This document shows positions 1-10,320 of a stretch of DNA of 14,711 bases, in pieces (position 1 is the stretch's first letter; the number at the start of each line of letters is the position of its first letter). Below the pieces are notes generated by a model that was not told where the DNA came from, did not search any database, and was given only the letters and a program-made list of their open reading frames with translations. Source of the DNA: Azolla caroliniana (taxonomy: Eukaryota > Plantae > Polypodiophyta); NCBI GenBank assembly GCA_043228905.1, contig JBHGNT010000846.1, positions 1-14,711 of the forward strand. The letters run 5' to 3'. The translations under genes were made by a program, and so were the position numbers.

Positions 1-1498
1 ACATCGGATTTTAGTGTTCAAATATGCGAATCGAAGCTAACAACGTTAGCTATGATATGGATTTGAAAAATCAAGATTTTGAACTCAGGTCGAGAGACAT
101 GAAGAAATTACCAAATTTGAGGAGGGAATTGAGAAGAGCGCGTGAGTAAATTAAACAGTGCATACCTGGCTCGTGTGATATCGGATTTTAGTGTTCAAAC
201 ATGCGAATCGAAACTAACAACACTAGCGATGATATGGAATTAAGAAATCAAGATTTTGAAACTCAGGTCGAGAGACATGAAGGAATTACCAAATTTGATG
301 AGGGAGTTGAGAAGAGCCCGAGAGTAAATTAAAATGTTCATACCTGGCCCGTGTGACATCGGATTTTAGTGTTCAAACATGCAAATCGAAGCTAACAACG
401 TTAGCTATGATATGGAATAAAAAAATTAAGATTTTAAAACTCAGGTCGAGAGACATGAAGAAATTACCAAATTTGATGAGGGAGTTCAGAAGAGCCCGAG
501 AGTAAATTAAAATGTTCATACCTGGCCCGTGTGACATCGGATTTTAGTGTTCAAATATGCGAATCGAAGCTAACAACGTTAGCTATGATATGGAATTGAA
601 AAATCAAGATTTTGAAACTCAGGTCAAGAGACATGAAGAAATTACCAAATTTGAGGAGGGAATTGAGAAGAGCGCGTGACCAAATTAAAATGCTCATACC
701 TGGCTCGTGTGACATCGGATTTTGTGTTCAAACATGCGAATCGAAGGTAACAACACTAGCTATGATAAGGAAATAGAAAATCAAGATTGTGAAACTCAGG
801 TCGAGAGACATGAAGGAATTACCAAATTTGATGAGGGAGTTGAGAAGAGCCCGAGAGTAAATTAAAATGTTCATACCTGGCCCGTGTGACATCGGATGTT
901 AGTGTTCAAACCTGCGAATCGAAGCTAACAACGTTAGCTATGATATGGAATTGAAAAATCAAGATTTTAAAACTCAGGTCGAGAGACATGAAGAAATTAC
1001 CAAATTTGAGGAGGGAATTGAGAAGAGCGCGTGAGTAAATTAAAATTGTCATACCTGGCTTGTGTGACATCGGATGTTAGTGTTCAATAATGGGAATCGA
1101 AGTTAACAACACTAGCTATGATATGGAATTAAAAAATCAAGATTTTGATACTGAGGTCGAGACACATGAAGGAATTACCAAATTTGATGAGTGAGTTGAG
1201 AAGAGCGCGTGAGTAAATTAAACAGTGCATACCTGGCTCGTGTGATATCGGATTTTAGTGTTCAAACATGCAAATCGAAACTAACAACACTAGTTATGAT
1301 AAGGAAATAAAAAATCAAGATTTTAAAACTCAGGTCGAGAGACATGAAGAAATTACCAAATTTGAGGAGGGAATTGAGAAGAGCGCGTGACTAAATTAAA
1401 ATGCTCATAGCTGGCTCGTGTGACATCAGATTTTTGTGTTCAAACATGCGAATCGAAGGTAACAACACTAGCTATGATAAGCTAATAAAAAATCAAGA
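1..1498 (+). repeat. Segmental duplicate, copy 1 (about 8.4 monomers); matches 5708-7205
   Basis: Nine consecutive monomer starts are offset by exactly 5707 bp (1/5708, 178/5885, 356/6063, 534/6241, 712/6419, 889/6596, 1067/6774, 1245/6952, 1423/7130). They share rare variants GCGTGACCAAA, GGAAATAGAAAA, GATGAGTGAG, CACTAGTTATG, CTCATAGCTGG and GATAAGCTAAT. Confidence 0.92.
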
Positions 1499-1549
1499 TT
1501 GTGAAACTCAGGTCTAGAGACATGAAGAAATTACCAAATTTGATGAGGG

Positions 1550-2507
1550 AGTTGAGAGGAGCCCGAGAGTAAATTAAAATTTTCATCTTTGGCCCGCGTG
1601 ACATCGGATTTTAGTAATGAAACATGGGAATAAAAGCAAACAATGTTAACTATGATATGGAATTAAAAAATCTAGATGAAGAAACTCAGGTCGAGAGACA
1701 TGACGAAATTACCAAATTTGAGGAGGGAATTGAGAAGAGCGCGTGAGTAAATTAAAATTGTCATACTTGGCTCCTGTGAGATCGGATTTTAGTGTTCAAA
1801 ACTGCGAATCGAAGCTAACAACGTTAGCTATGATATGGAATTGAAAAATCAAGATTTTAAAACTCAGGTCGAGAGACATGAAGAAATTACCAAATTTGAG
1901 GAGGGAATTGAGAAGAGCGCGTGAGTAAATTAAAATGTTCATACCTGGCCCGTGTGAGATCGGATGTTAGTGTTCAAACAGGCGAATCGAATCAAACATG
2001 TGAATCGAAGGTAACAATGCTATCTATTATATGGAATTAAAAAATCGAGATTTAAAACTCAGGTTGAGACACATGACGAAATTACCAAATTTGAGGAGGC
2101 AGATGAGAAGAGCCCGTGAGTTAATTAAAATGTTCATACCTGGCTCGTGTGATATCGGATGTTAGCGTTCAAACATGCGAATCGAAGCTAACAACGTTAG
2201 CTATGATATGGAATTAAAAAATCAAGATTTTAGACCTGAGGTCGAGAGACCTGACGAAATTAGCAAATTTTAGGAGGGAGTTGAGAAGAGCACGTGAGTA
2301 AATTAAAATTGTCATACATGTCTTCTGTGATATCGGATTTTTGTGTTCAAACATGCGAATCGAAGGTAACAACACTAGCTATGATATGTAATTAAAAAAT
2401 CCAGATTTTGAAAGTCAGGTCGAGAGACATTACGAAATTAGCAAATTTGAGGAGGGGGTTGCGAAGAACCCGTGAGTTAATTAAAATGTTCATACCTGGC
2501 CCGTGTG
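1550..2507 (+). repeat. Island of more diverged monomers (about 5.3 units) without local HOR periodicity
   Basis: Many private substitutions, e.g. TTTCATCTTTGGCCCGCG, AGTAATGAAACATGGGAATAAAAGCAAAC, CATGTCTTCTGTG and GGGGGTTGCGAAGAACC, plus an 18-bp internal duplication. The left boundary is approximate. Confidence 0.8.
1974..2009 (+). repeat. 18-bp tandem duplication inside a 195-bp monomer (1957-2151)
   Basis: TCAAACAGGCGAATCGAA (1974-1991) is followed by TCAAACATGTGAATCGAA (1992-2009). Monomer length is 178+18-1 = 195. Confidence 0.92.
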
Positions 2508-4639
2508 ACATCGGATGTTAGTGTTCAAACATGCGAATCGAAGCTAACAACGTTAGCTATGATATGGAATTGAAAAATCCAGATTTTGAAACTCAGGTCG
2601 AGACACATGAAGGAATTACCAAATTTGATGAGGGAGTTGAGAAGAGCGCGTGAGTAAATTAAACAATGCATACCTGGCTCGTGTGATATCGGATTTTAGT
2701 GTTCAAACATGCGAATCGAAACTAACAACACTAGCGATGATATGGAGTTAAGAAATCAAGATTTTGAAACTCAGGTCGAGAGACATGAAGGAATTACCAA
2801 ATTTGATGAGGGAGTTGAGAAGAGCCCGAGAGTAAATTAAAATGTTCATACCTGGCCCGTGTGACATCGGATTTTAGTGTTCAAACATGCAAATCGAAGC
2901 TAACAACGTTAGCTATGATATGGAATAAAAAAATTAAGATTTTAAAACTCAGGTCGAGAGACATGAAGAAATTACCAAATTTGATGAGGGAGTTCAGAAG
3001 AGCCCGAGAGTAAATTAAAATGTTCATACCTGGCCCGTGTGACATCGGATTTTAGTGTTCAAATATTAGAATCGAAGCTAACAACGTTAGCTATGATATG
3101 GAATTGAAAAATCAAGATTTTGAACTCAGGTCGAGAGACATGAAGAAATTACCAAATTTGAGGAGGGAATTGAGAAAAGCGCGTGACTAAATTAAAATGC
3201 TCATACCTGGCTCGTGTGAGATCGGATTTTGTGTTCAAACATGCGAATCGAAGGTAACAACACTAGCTATGATAAGCAAATAAAAAATCAAGATTGTGAA
3301 ACTCAGGTCGAGAGACATGAAGAAATTACCAAATTTGATGAGGGAGTTGAGAAGAGCCCGTGAGTTAATTAAAATGTTCATACCTGGCTCGTGTGACATC
3401 GGATTTTAGTGTTCAAACCTGCGAATCGAAGCTAACAACGTTAGCTATGATATGGATTTGAAAAATCAAGATTTTAAAACTCAGGTCAAGAGACATGAAG
3501 AAATTACCAAATTTGAGGAGGGAATTGAGTAGAGCGCGTGAGTAAATTAAAATGTTCATACCTGGCCCGTGTGACATCGGATGTTAGTGTTCAAACATGC
3601 GAATCGAAGCTAACAACGTTAGCTATGATATGGAATTGAAAAATCAAGATTTTGAAACTCAGGTCGAGACACATGAAGGAATTACCAAATTTGATGAGGG
3701 AGTTGAGAAGAGCGCGTGAGTAAATTAAACAGTGCTTACCTGGCTCGTGTGATATCGGATTTTAGTGTTCAAACATGCGAATCGAAACTAACAACACTAG
3801 CGATGATATGGAGTTAAGAAATCAAGATTTTGAAACTCAGGTCGAGAGACATGAAGGAATTACCAAATTTGATGAGGGAGTTGAGAAGAGCCCGAGAGTA
3901 AATTAAAATGTTCATACCTGGCCCGTGTGACATCGGATTTTAGTGTTCAAACATGCAAATCGAAGCTAGCAACGTTAGCTATGATATGGAATAAAAAAAT
4001 TAAGATTTTAAAACTCAGGTCGAGAGACATGAAGAAATTACCAAATTTGATGAGGGAGTTCAGAAGAGCCCGAGAGTAAATTAAAATGTTCATACCTGGC
4101 CCGTGTGACATCGGATTTTAGTGTTGAAATATGCGAATCGAAGCTAACAACGTTAGCTATGATATGGAATTGAAAAATCAAGATTTTGAACTCAGGTCGA
4201 GAGACATGAAGAAATTACCAAATTTGAGGAGGGAATTGAGAAAAGCGCGTGACTAAATTAAAATGCTCATACCTGGCTCGTGTGAGATCGGATTTTGTGT
4301 TCAAACATGCGAATCGAAGGTAACAACACTAGCTATGATAAGCAAATAAAAAATCAAGATTGTGAAACTCAGGTCGAGAGACATGAAGAAATAACCAAAT
4401 TTGATGAGGGAGTTGAGAAGAGCCCGTGAGTTAATTAAAATGTTCATACCTGGCTCGTGTGACATCGGATTTTAGTGTTCAAACCTGCGAATCGAAGCTA
4501 ACAACGTTAGCTATGATATGGATTTGAAAAATCAAGATTTTAAAACTCAGGTCAAGAGACATGAAGAAATTACCAAATTTGAGGAGGGAATTGAGTAGAG
4601 CGCGTGAGTAAATTAAAATGTTCATACCTGGCCCGTGTG
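2508..4639 (+). repeat. 6-monomer higher-order repeat, 1066-bp unit, two tandem copies (2508-3573, 3574-4639)
   Basis: Monomer lengths are 178,178,178,177,177,178 in both copies. Diagnostic variants occur in the same order: GAGACACATGAAGG; GGAGTTAAGAAA; GCAAATCG/GTTCAGAAG; TTTTGAACTC/GAAAAGCGCG/GTGAGATCGG; GATAAGCAAAT; AAACCTGCG/GAGTAGAGC. Confidence 0.93.
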
Positions 4640-5707
4640 ACATCGGATGTTAGTGTTCAAACATGCCAATCGAAGCTAACAACGTTAGCTATGATATGGA
4701 ATTGAAAAATCTAGATTTTAAAACTCAGGTCGACACACATGAAGGAATTACCAAATTTGATGAGGGAGTTGAGAAGAGCGCGTGAGTAAATTAAACAGTG
4801 CATACCTGGCTCGTGTGATATCGGATTTTAGTGTTCAAACATGCGAATCGAAACTAACAACACTAGCGATGATATGGAATTAAGAAATCAAGATTTTAAA
4901 ACTCAGGTCGAAAGACATGAAGAAATTACCAAATTTGAGGAGGGAATTGAGAAGAGCGCGTGACTAAATTAAAATGCTCATACCTGGCTCGTGTGACATC
5001 GGATTTTTGTGTTCAAACATACGAATTGAAGGTAACAACGTTAGCTATGATATGGATTTGAAAAATCAAGATTGTGAAACTCAGGTCGAGAGACATGAAG
5101 AAATTACCAAATTTGAGGAGGGAATTGAGAAGAGCGCGTGAGTAAATTAAAATGTTCATACCTGGCCCGTGTGACATCGGATGTTAGTGTTCAAACATGC
5201 GAATCGAAGCTAACAACGTTAGCTATGATATGGAATTGAAAAATCTAAATTTTGAAACTCAGGTCGAGACACTTGAAGGAATTACCAAATTTGATGAGGG
5301 AGTTGAGAAGAGCGCGTGAGAAAATTAAACAGTGCATACCTGGCTCGTGTGATATCGGATTTTAGTGTTCAAACATGCGAATCGAAACTAACAACACTAG
5401 CGATGATATGGAATTAAGAAATCAAGGTTTTAAAACTCAGGTCGAGAGACATGAAGAAATTACCAAATTTGAGGAGGGAATTGAGAAGAGCGCGTGACTA
5501 AATTAAAATGCTCATGCCTGGCTCGTGTGACATCGGATTTTTGTGTTCAAACATGCGAATCGAAGGTAACAACGTTAGCTATGATATGGATTTGAAAAAT
5601 CAAGAATTTAAAACTCAGGTCGAGAGACATGAAGAAAATACCAAATTTGATGAGGGAGTTCAGAAGAGCCCGAGAGTAAATTAAAATGTTCATACCTGGC
5701 CCGTGTG
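4640..5707 (+). repeat. 3-monomer higher-order repeat, 534-bp unit, two copies (4640-5173, 5174-5707)
   Basis: Both copies show AAAAATCTA...AACAGTGCAT, then ATATCGG...AAACTAACAACACTAGCGATG...GACTAAATT...ATGCTCAT, then GATTTTTGTG...AAGGTAACAACGTTAG...GGATTTG. The last monomer switches type in its second half (GTTCAGAAGAGCCCGAG). Confidence 0.78.
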
Positions 5708-7205
5708 ACATCAGATTTTAGTGTTCAAATATGCGAATCGAAGCTAACAACGTTAGCTATGATATGGATTTGAAAAATCAAGATTTTGAACTCAGGTCGA
5801 GAGACATGAAGAAATTACCAAATTTGAGGAGGGAATTGAGAAGAGCGCGTGAGTAAATTAAACAGTGCATACCTGCCTCGTGTGATATCGGATTTTAGTG
5901 TTCAAACATGCGAATCGAAACTAACAACACTAGCGATGATATGGAATTAAGAAATCAAGATTTTGAAACTCAGGTCGAGAGACATGAAAGAATTACCAAA
6001 TTTGATGAGGGAGTTGAGAAGAGCCCGAGAGTAAATTAAAATGTTCATACCTGGCCCGTGTGACATCGGATTTTAGTGTTCAAACATGCAAATCGAAGCT
6101 AACAACGTTAGCTATGATATGGAATAAAAAAATTAAGATTTTAAAACTCAGGTCGAGAGACATGAAGAAATTACCAAATTTGATGAGGGAGTTCAGAAGA
6201 GCCCGAGAGTAAATTAAAATGTTCATACCTGGCCCGTGTGACATCGGATTTTAGTGTTCAAATATGCGAATCGAAGCTAACAACGTTAGCTATGATATGG
6301 AATTGAAAAATCAAGATTTTGAAACTCAGGTCAAGAGACATGAAGAAATTACCAAATTTGAGGAGGGAATTGAGAAGAGCGCGTGACCAAATTAAAATGC
6401 TCATACCTGGCTCGTGTGACATCGGATTTTGTGTTCAAACATGCGAATCGAAGGTAACAACACTAGCTATGATAAGGAAATAGAAAATCAAGATTGTGGA
6501 ACTCAGGTCGAGAGACATGAAAGAATTACCAAATTTGATGAGGGAGTTGAGAAGAGCCCGAGAGTAAATTAAAATGTTCATACCTGGCCCGTGTGACATC
6601 GGATGTTAGTGTTCAAACCTGCGAATCGAAGCTAACAACGCTAGCTATGATATGGAATTGAAAAATCAAAATTTTAAAACTCAGGTCGAGAGACATGAAG
6701 AAATTACCAAATTTGAGGAGGGAATTGAGAAGAGCGCGTGAGTAAATTAAAATGTTCATACCTGGCCCGTGTGACATCGGATGTTAGTGTTCAAACCTGG
6801 GAATCGAAGTTAACAACACTAGCTATGATATGGAATTAAAAAATCAAGATTTTGATACTGAGGTCGAGACACATGAAGGAATTACCAAATTTGATGAGTG
6901 AGTTGAGAAGAGCGCGTGAGTAAATTAAACAGTGCATACCTGGCTCGTGTGATATCGGATTTTAGTGTTCAAACATGCAAATCGAAACTAACAACACTAG
7001 TTATGATAAGGAAATAAAAAATCAAGATTTTAAAACTCAGGTCGAGAGACATGAAGAAATTACCAAATTTGAGGAGGGAATTGAGAAGAGCGCGTGACTA
7101 AATTAAAATGCTCATAGCTGGCTCGTGTGACATCAGATTTTTGTGTTCAAACATGCGAATCGAAGGTAACAACACTAGCTATGATAAGCTAATAAAAAAT
7201 CAAGA
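5708..7205 (+). repeat. Segmental duplicate, copy 2; matches 1-1498
   Basis: Constant 5707-bp offset and shared rare variants. Similarity ends at the 70-bp deletion junction at 7203-7205. Confidence 0.92.
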
Positions 7206-7237
7206 GTAAATTAAAATGTTCATACCTGGCCCGTGTG
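7130..7237 (+). repeat. Truncated 108-bp monomer (70-bp internal deletion)
   Basis: AAAAATCAAGA is joined directly to GTAAATTAAAATG. The next monomer starts at 7238, 108 bp after 7130. Confidence 0.93.
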
Positions 7238-8127
7238 ACATCGGATGTTAGTGTTCAAACATGCGAATCGAAGCTAACAACGTTAGCTATGATATGGAAT
7301 TGAAAAATCAAGATTTTGAAACTCAGGTCGAGAGACATGAAGAAATTACGAAATTTGAGGAGGGAATTGAGAAGAGCGCGTGAGTAAATTAAAATTGTCA
7401 TACCTGGCTCGTGTGCCATCGGATGTTAGTGTTCAAACATGCGAATCGAAGCTAACAACGTTAGCTATGATATGGAATTGAAAAATCAAGATTTTGAAAC
7501 TCAGGTCGACAGACATGAAGGAATTACCAAATTTGATGAGGGAGTTGAGAAGAGCGCGTGAGTAAATTAAACAGTGCATACCTGGCTCGTGTGATATCGG
7601 ATTTTAGTGTTCAAACATGCGAATCGAAACTAACAACAGTAGCTATGATATGGAATTAAGAAATCAAGGTTTTAGAACTCAGGTCGAGAGACATGAAGAA
7701 ATTACCAAATTTGAGGAGGGAATTGAGAAGAGCACGTGACTAAATTAAAATGCTCATACCTGGCTCGTGTGACATCGGATTTTTGTGTCCAAACATGCGA
7801 ATCGAAGCTAACATCGTTAGCTATGATATGGATTTGAAAAATCAAGATTTTAAAACTCAGGTCAAGAGACATTAAGAAATTACCAAATTTGAGGAGGGAA
7901 TTGAGTAGAGCGCGTGAGTAAATTAAAATGTTCATACCTGGCCCGTGTGACATCGGATGTTAGTGTTCAAACATGCGAATCGAAGCTAACAACGTTAGCT
8001 ATGATATGGAATTAAAAAATCAAGATTTTGATACTGAGGTCGAGACACATGAAGGAATTACCAAATTTGATGAGGGAGTTGAGAAGAGCCCGTGAGTTAA
8101 TTAAAATGTTCATACCTGGCTCGTGTG

Positions 8128-8245
8128 ACATCGGATATTAGTATTCAAACCTGCGAATCGAAGCTAACAACGAAATTACCAAATTTGATGAGGGAGTTCA
8201 GAAGAGCCCGAGAGTAAATTAAAATGTGCATACCTGGCCCGTGTG
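8128..8245 (+). repeat. Truncated 118-bp monomer (60-bp internal deletion), copy 1
   Basis: GCTAACAACG is joined to AAATTACCAAA at 8172/8173. The next monomer starts at 8246. Confidence 0.93.
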
Positions 8246-10202
8246 ACATCGGATTTTAGTGTTCAAATATGCGAATCGAAGCTAACAACGTTAGCTATGA
8301 TATGGAATTGAAAAATCAAGATTTTGAAACTCAGGTCGAGAGACATGAAGAAATTACCAAATTTGAGGAGGGAATTGAGAAGAGCGCGTGACTAAATTAA
8401 AATGCTCATACCTGGCTCGTGTGACATCGGATTTTGTGTTCAAACATGCGAATCGAAGGTAACAACACTAGCTATGATAAGCAAATAAAAAACCAAGATT
8501 GTGAAACTCAGGTCGAGAGACATGAAGGAATTACCAAATTTGATGAGGGAGTTGAGAAGAGCCCGAGAGTAAATTAAAATGTTCATACCTGGCCCGTGTG
8601 ACATCGGATGTTAGTGTTCAAACATGCGAATCGAAGCTAACAACGTTAGCTATGATATGGATTTGAAAAATCAAGATTTTAAAACTCAGGTCAAGAGACA
8701 TGAAGAAATTACGAAATTTGAGGAGGGAATTGAGAAGAGCGCGTGAGTAAATTAAAATTGTCATACCTGGCTCGTGTGCCATCGGATGTTAGTGTTCAAA
8801 CATGCGAATCGAAGCTAACAACGTTAGCTATGATATAGAATTGAAAAATCAAGATTTTGAAACTCAGGTCGACAGACATGAAGGAATTACCAAATTTGAT
8901 GAGGGAGTTGAGAAGAGCGCGTGAGTAAATTAAACAGTGCATACCTGGCTCGTGTGATATCGGATTTTAGTGTTCAAACATGCGAATCGAAACTAACAAC
9001 AGTAGCTATGATATGGAATTAAGAAATCAAGGTTTTAAAACTCAGGTCGAGAGACATGAAGAAATTACCAAATTTGAGGAGGGAATTGAGAAGAGCACGT
9101 GACTAAATTAAAATGCTCATACCTGGCTCGTGTGACATCGGATTTTTGTGTTCAAACATGCGAATCGAAGCTAACATCGTTAGCTATGATATGGATTTGA
9201 AAAATCAAGATTTTAAAACTCAGGTCAAGAGACATGAAGAAATTACCAAATTTGAGGAGGGAATTGAGTAGAGCGCGTGAGTAAATTAAAATGTTCATAC
9301 CTGGCCCGTGTGACATCGGATGTTAGTGTTCAAACATGCGAATCGAAGCTAACAACGTTAGCTATGATATGGAATTGAAAAATCAAGATTTTGAAACTCA
9401 GGTCGAGAGACATGAAGAAATTACGAAATTTGAGGAGGGAATTGAGAAGAGCGCGTGAGTAAATTAAAATTGTCATACCTGGCTCGTGTGCCATCGGATG
9501 TTAGTGTTCAAACATGCGAATCGAAGCTAACAACGTTAGCTATGATATGGAATTGAAAAATCAAGATTTTGAAACTCAGGTCGACAGACATGAAGGAATT
9601 ACCAAATTTGATGAGGGAGTTGAGAAGAGCGCGTGAGTAAATTAAACAGTGCATACCTGGCTCGTGTGATATCGGATTTTAGTGTTCAAACATGCGAATC
9701 GAAACTAAGAACAGTAGCTATGATATGGAATTAAGAAATCAAGGTTTTAAAACTCAGGTCGAGAGACATGAAGAAATTACCAAATTTGAGGAGGGAATTG
9801 AGAAGAGCACGTGACTAAATTAATATGCTCATACCTGGCTCGTGCGACATCGGATTTTTGTGTTCAAACATGCGAATCGAAGCTAACATCGTTAGCTATG
9901 ATATGGATTTGAAAAATCAAGATTTTAAAATTCAGGTCAAGAGACATGAACAAATTACCAAATTTGAGGAGGGAATTGAGTAGAGCGCGTGAGTAAATTA
10001 AAATGTTCATACCTGGCCCGTGTGACATCGGATGTTAGTGTTCAAACATGCGAATCGAAGCTAACAACGTTAGCTATGATATGGAATTAAAAAATTAAGA
10101 TTTTGATACTGAGCTCGAGACACATGAAGGAATTACCAAATTTGATGAGGGAGTTGAGAAGAGCCCGTGAGTTAATTAAAATGTTCATACCTGGCTCGTG
10201 TG

Positions 10203-10320
10203 ACATCGGATGTTAGTGTTCAAACCTGGGAATCGAAGCTAACAACGAAATTACCAAATTTGATGAGGGAGTTGAGAAGAGCCCGAGAGTAAATTAAAAT
10301 GTTCATACCTGGCCCGTGTG
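10203..10320 (+). repeat. Truncated 118-bp monomer (same 60-bp deletion), copy 2
   Basis: The identical junction AACAACG|AAATTACC lies at 10247/10248. The next monomer starts at 10321. Confidence 0.93.

Noticed and set aside
119-140. G-quadruplex or Shine-Dalgarno-like GGAGG in GAGGAGGGAATTGAGAAGAG
   Set aside because: Only one GGG run per monomer, so no G4; GGAGG has no suitably spaced start codon and the context is satellite DNA.
1-178. Identity with Arabidopsis CEN178, Brassica CentBr or primate alpha satellite
   Set aside because: Only the length is similar; I see none of the sequence hallmarks I recall for those families. A database search is needed to name the family.
1-178. 5S rRNA, tRNA or snRNA tandem gene array
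   Set aside because: No recognisable 5S sequence, cloverleaf or A/B boxes; no conserved-gene plus variable-spacer organisation.
7702-7953. 83-aa minus-strand ORF
   Set aside because: Lies wholly in satellite monomers; a chance stop-free frame on the pyrimidine-rich strand with no recognisable domain.
7130-10320. Deletion sizes (70, 60) as multiples of the helical repeat
   Set aside because: Only two independent events, and neither is a clean multiple of about 10.5 bp; too few to support a pattern.
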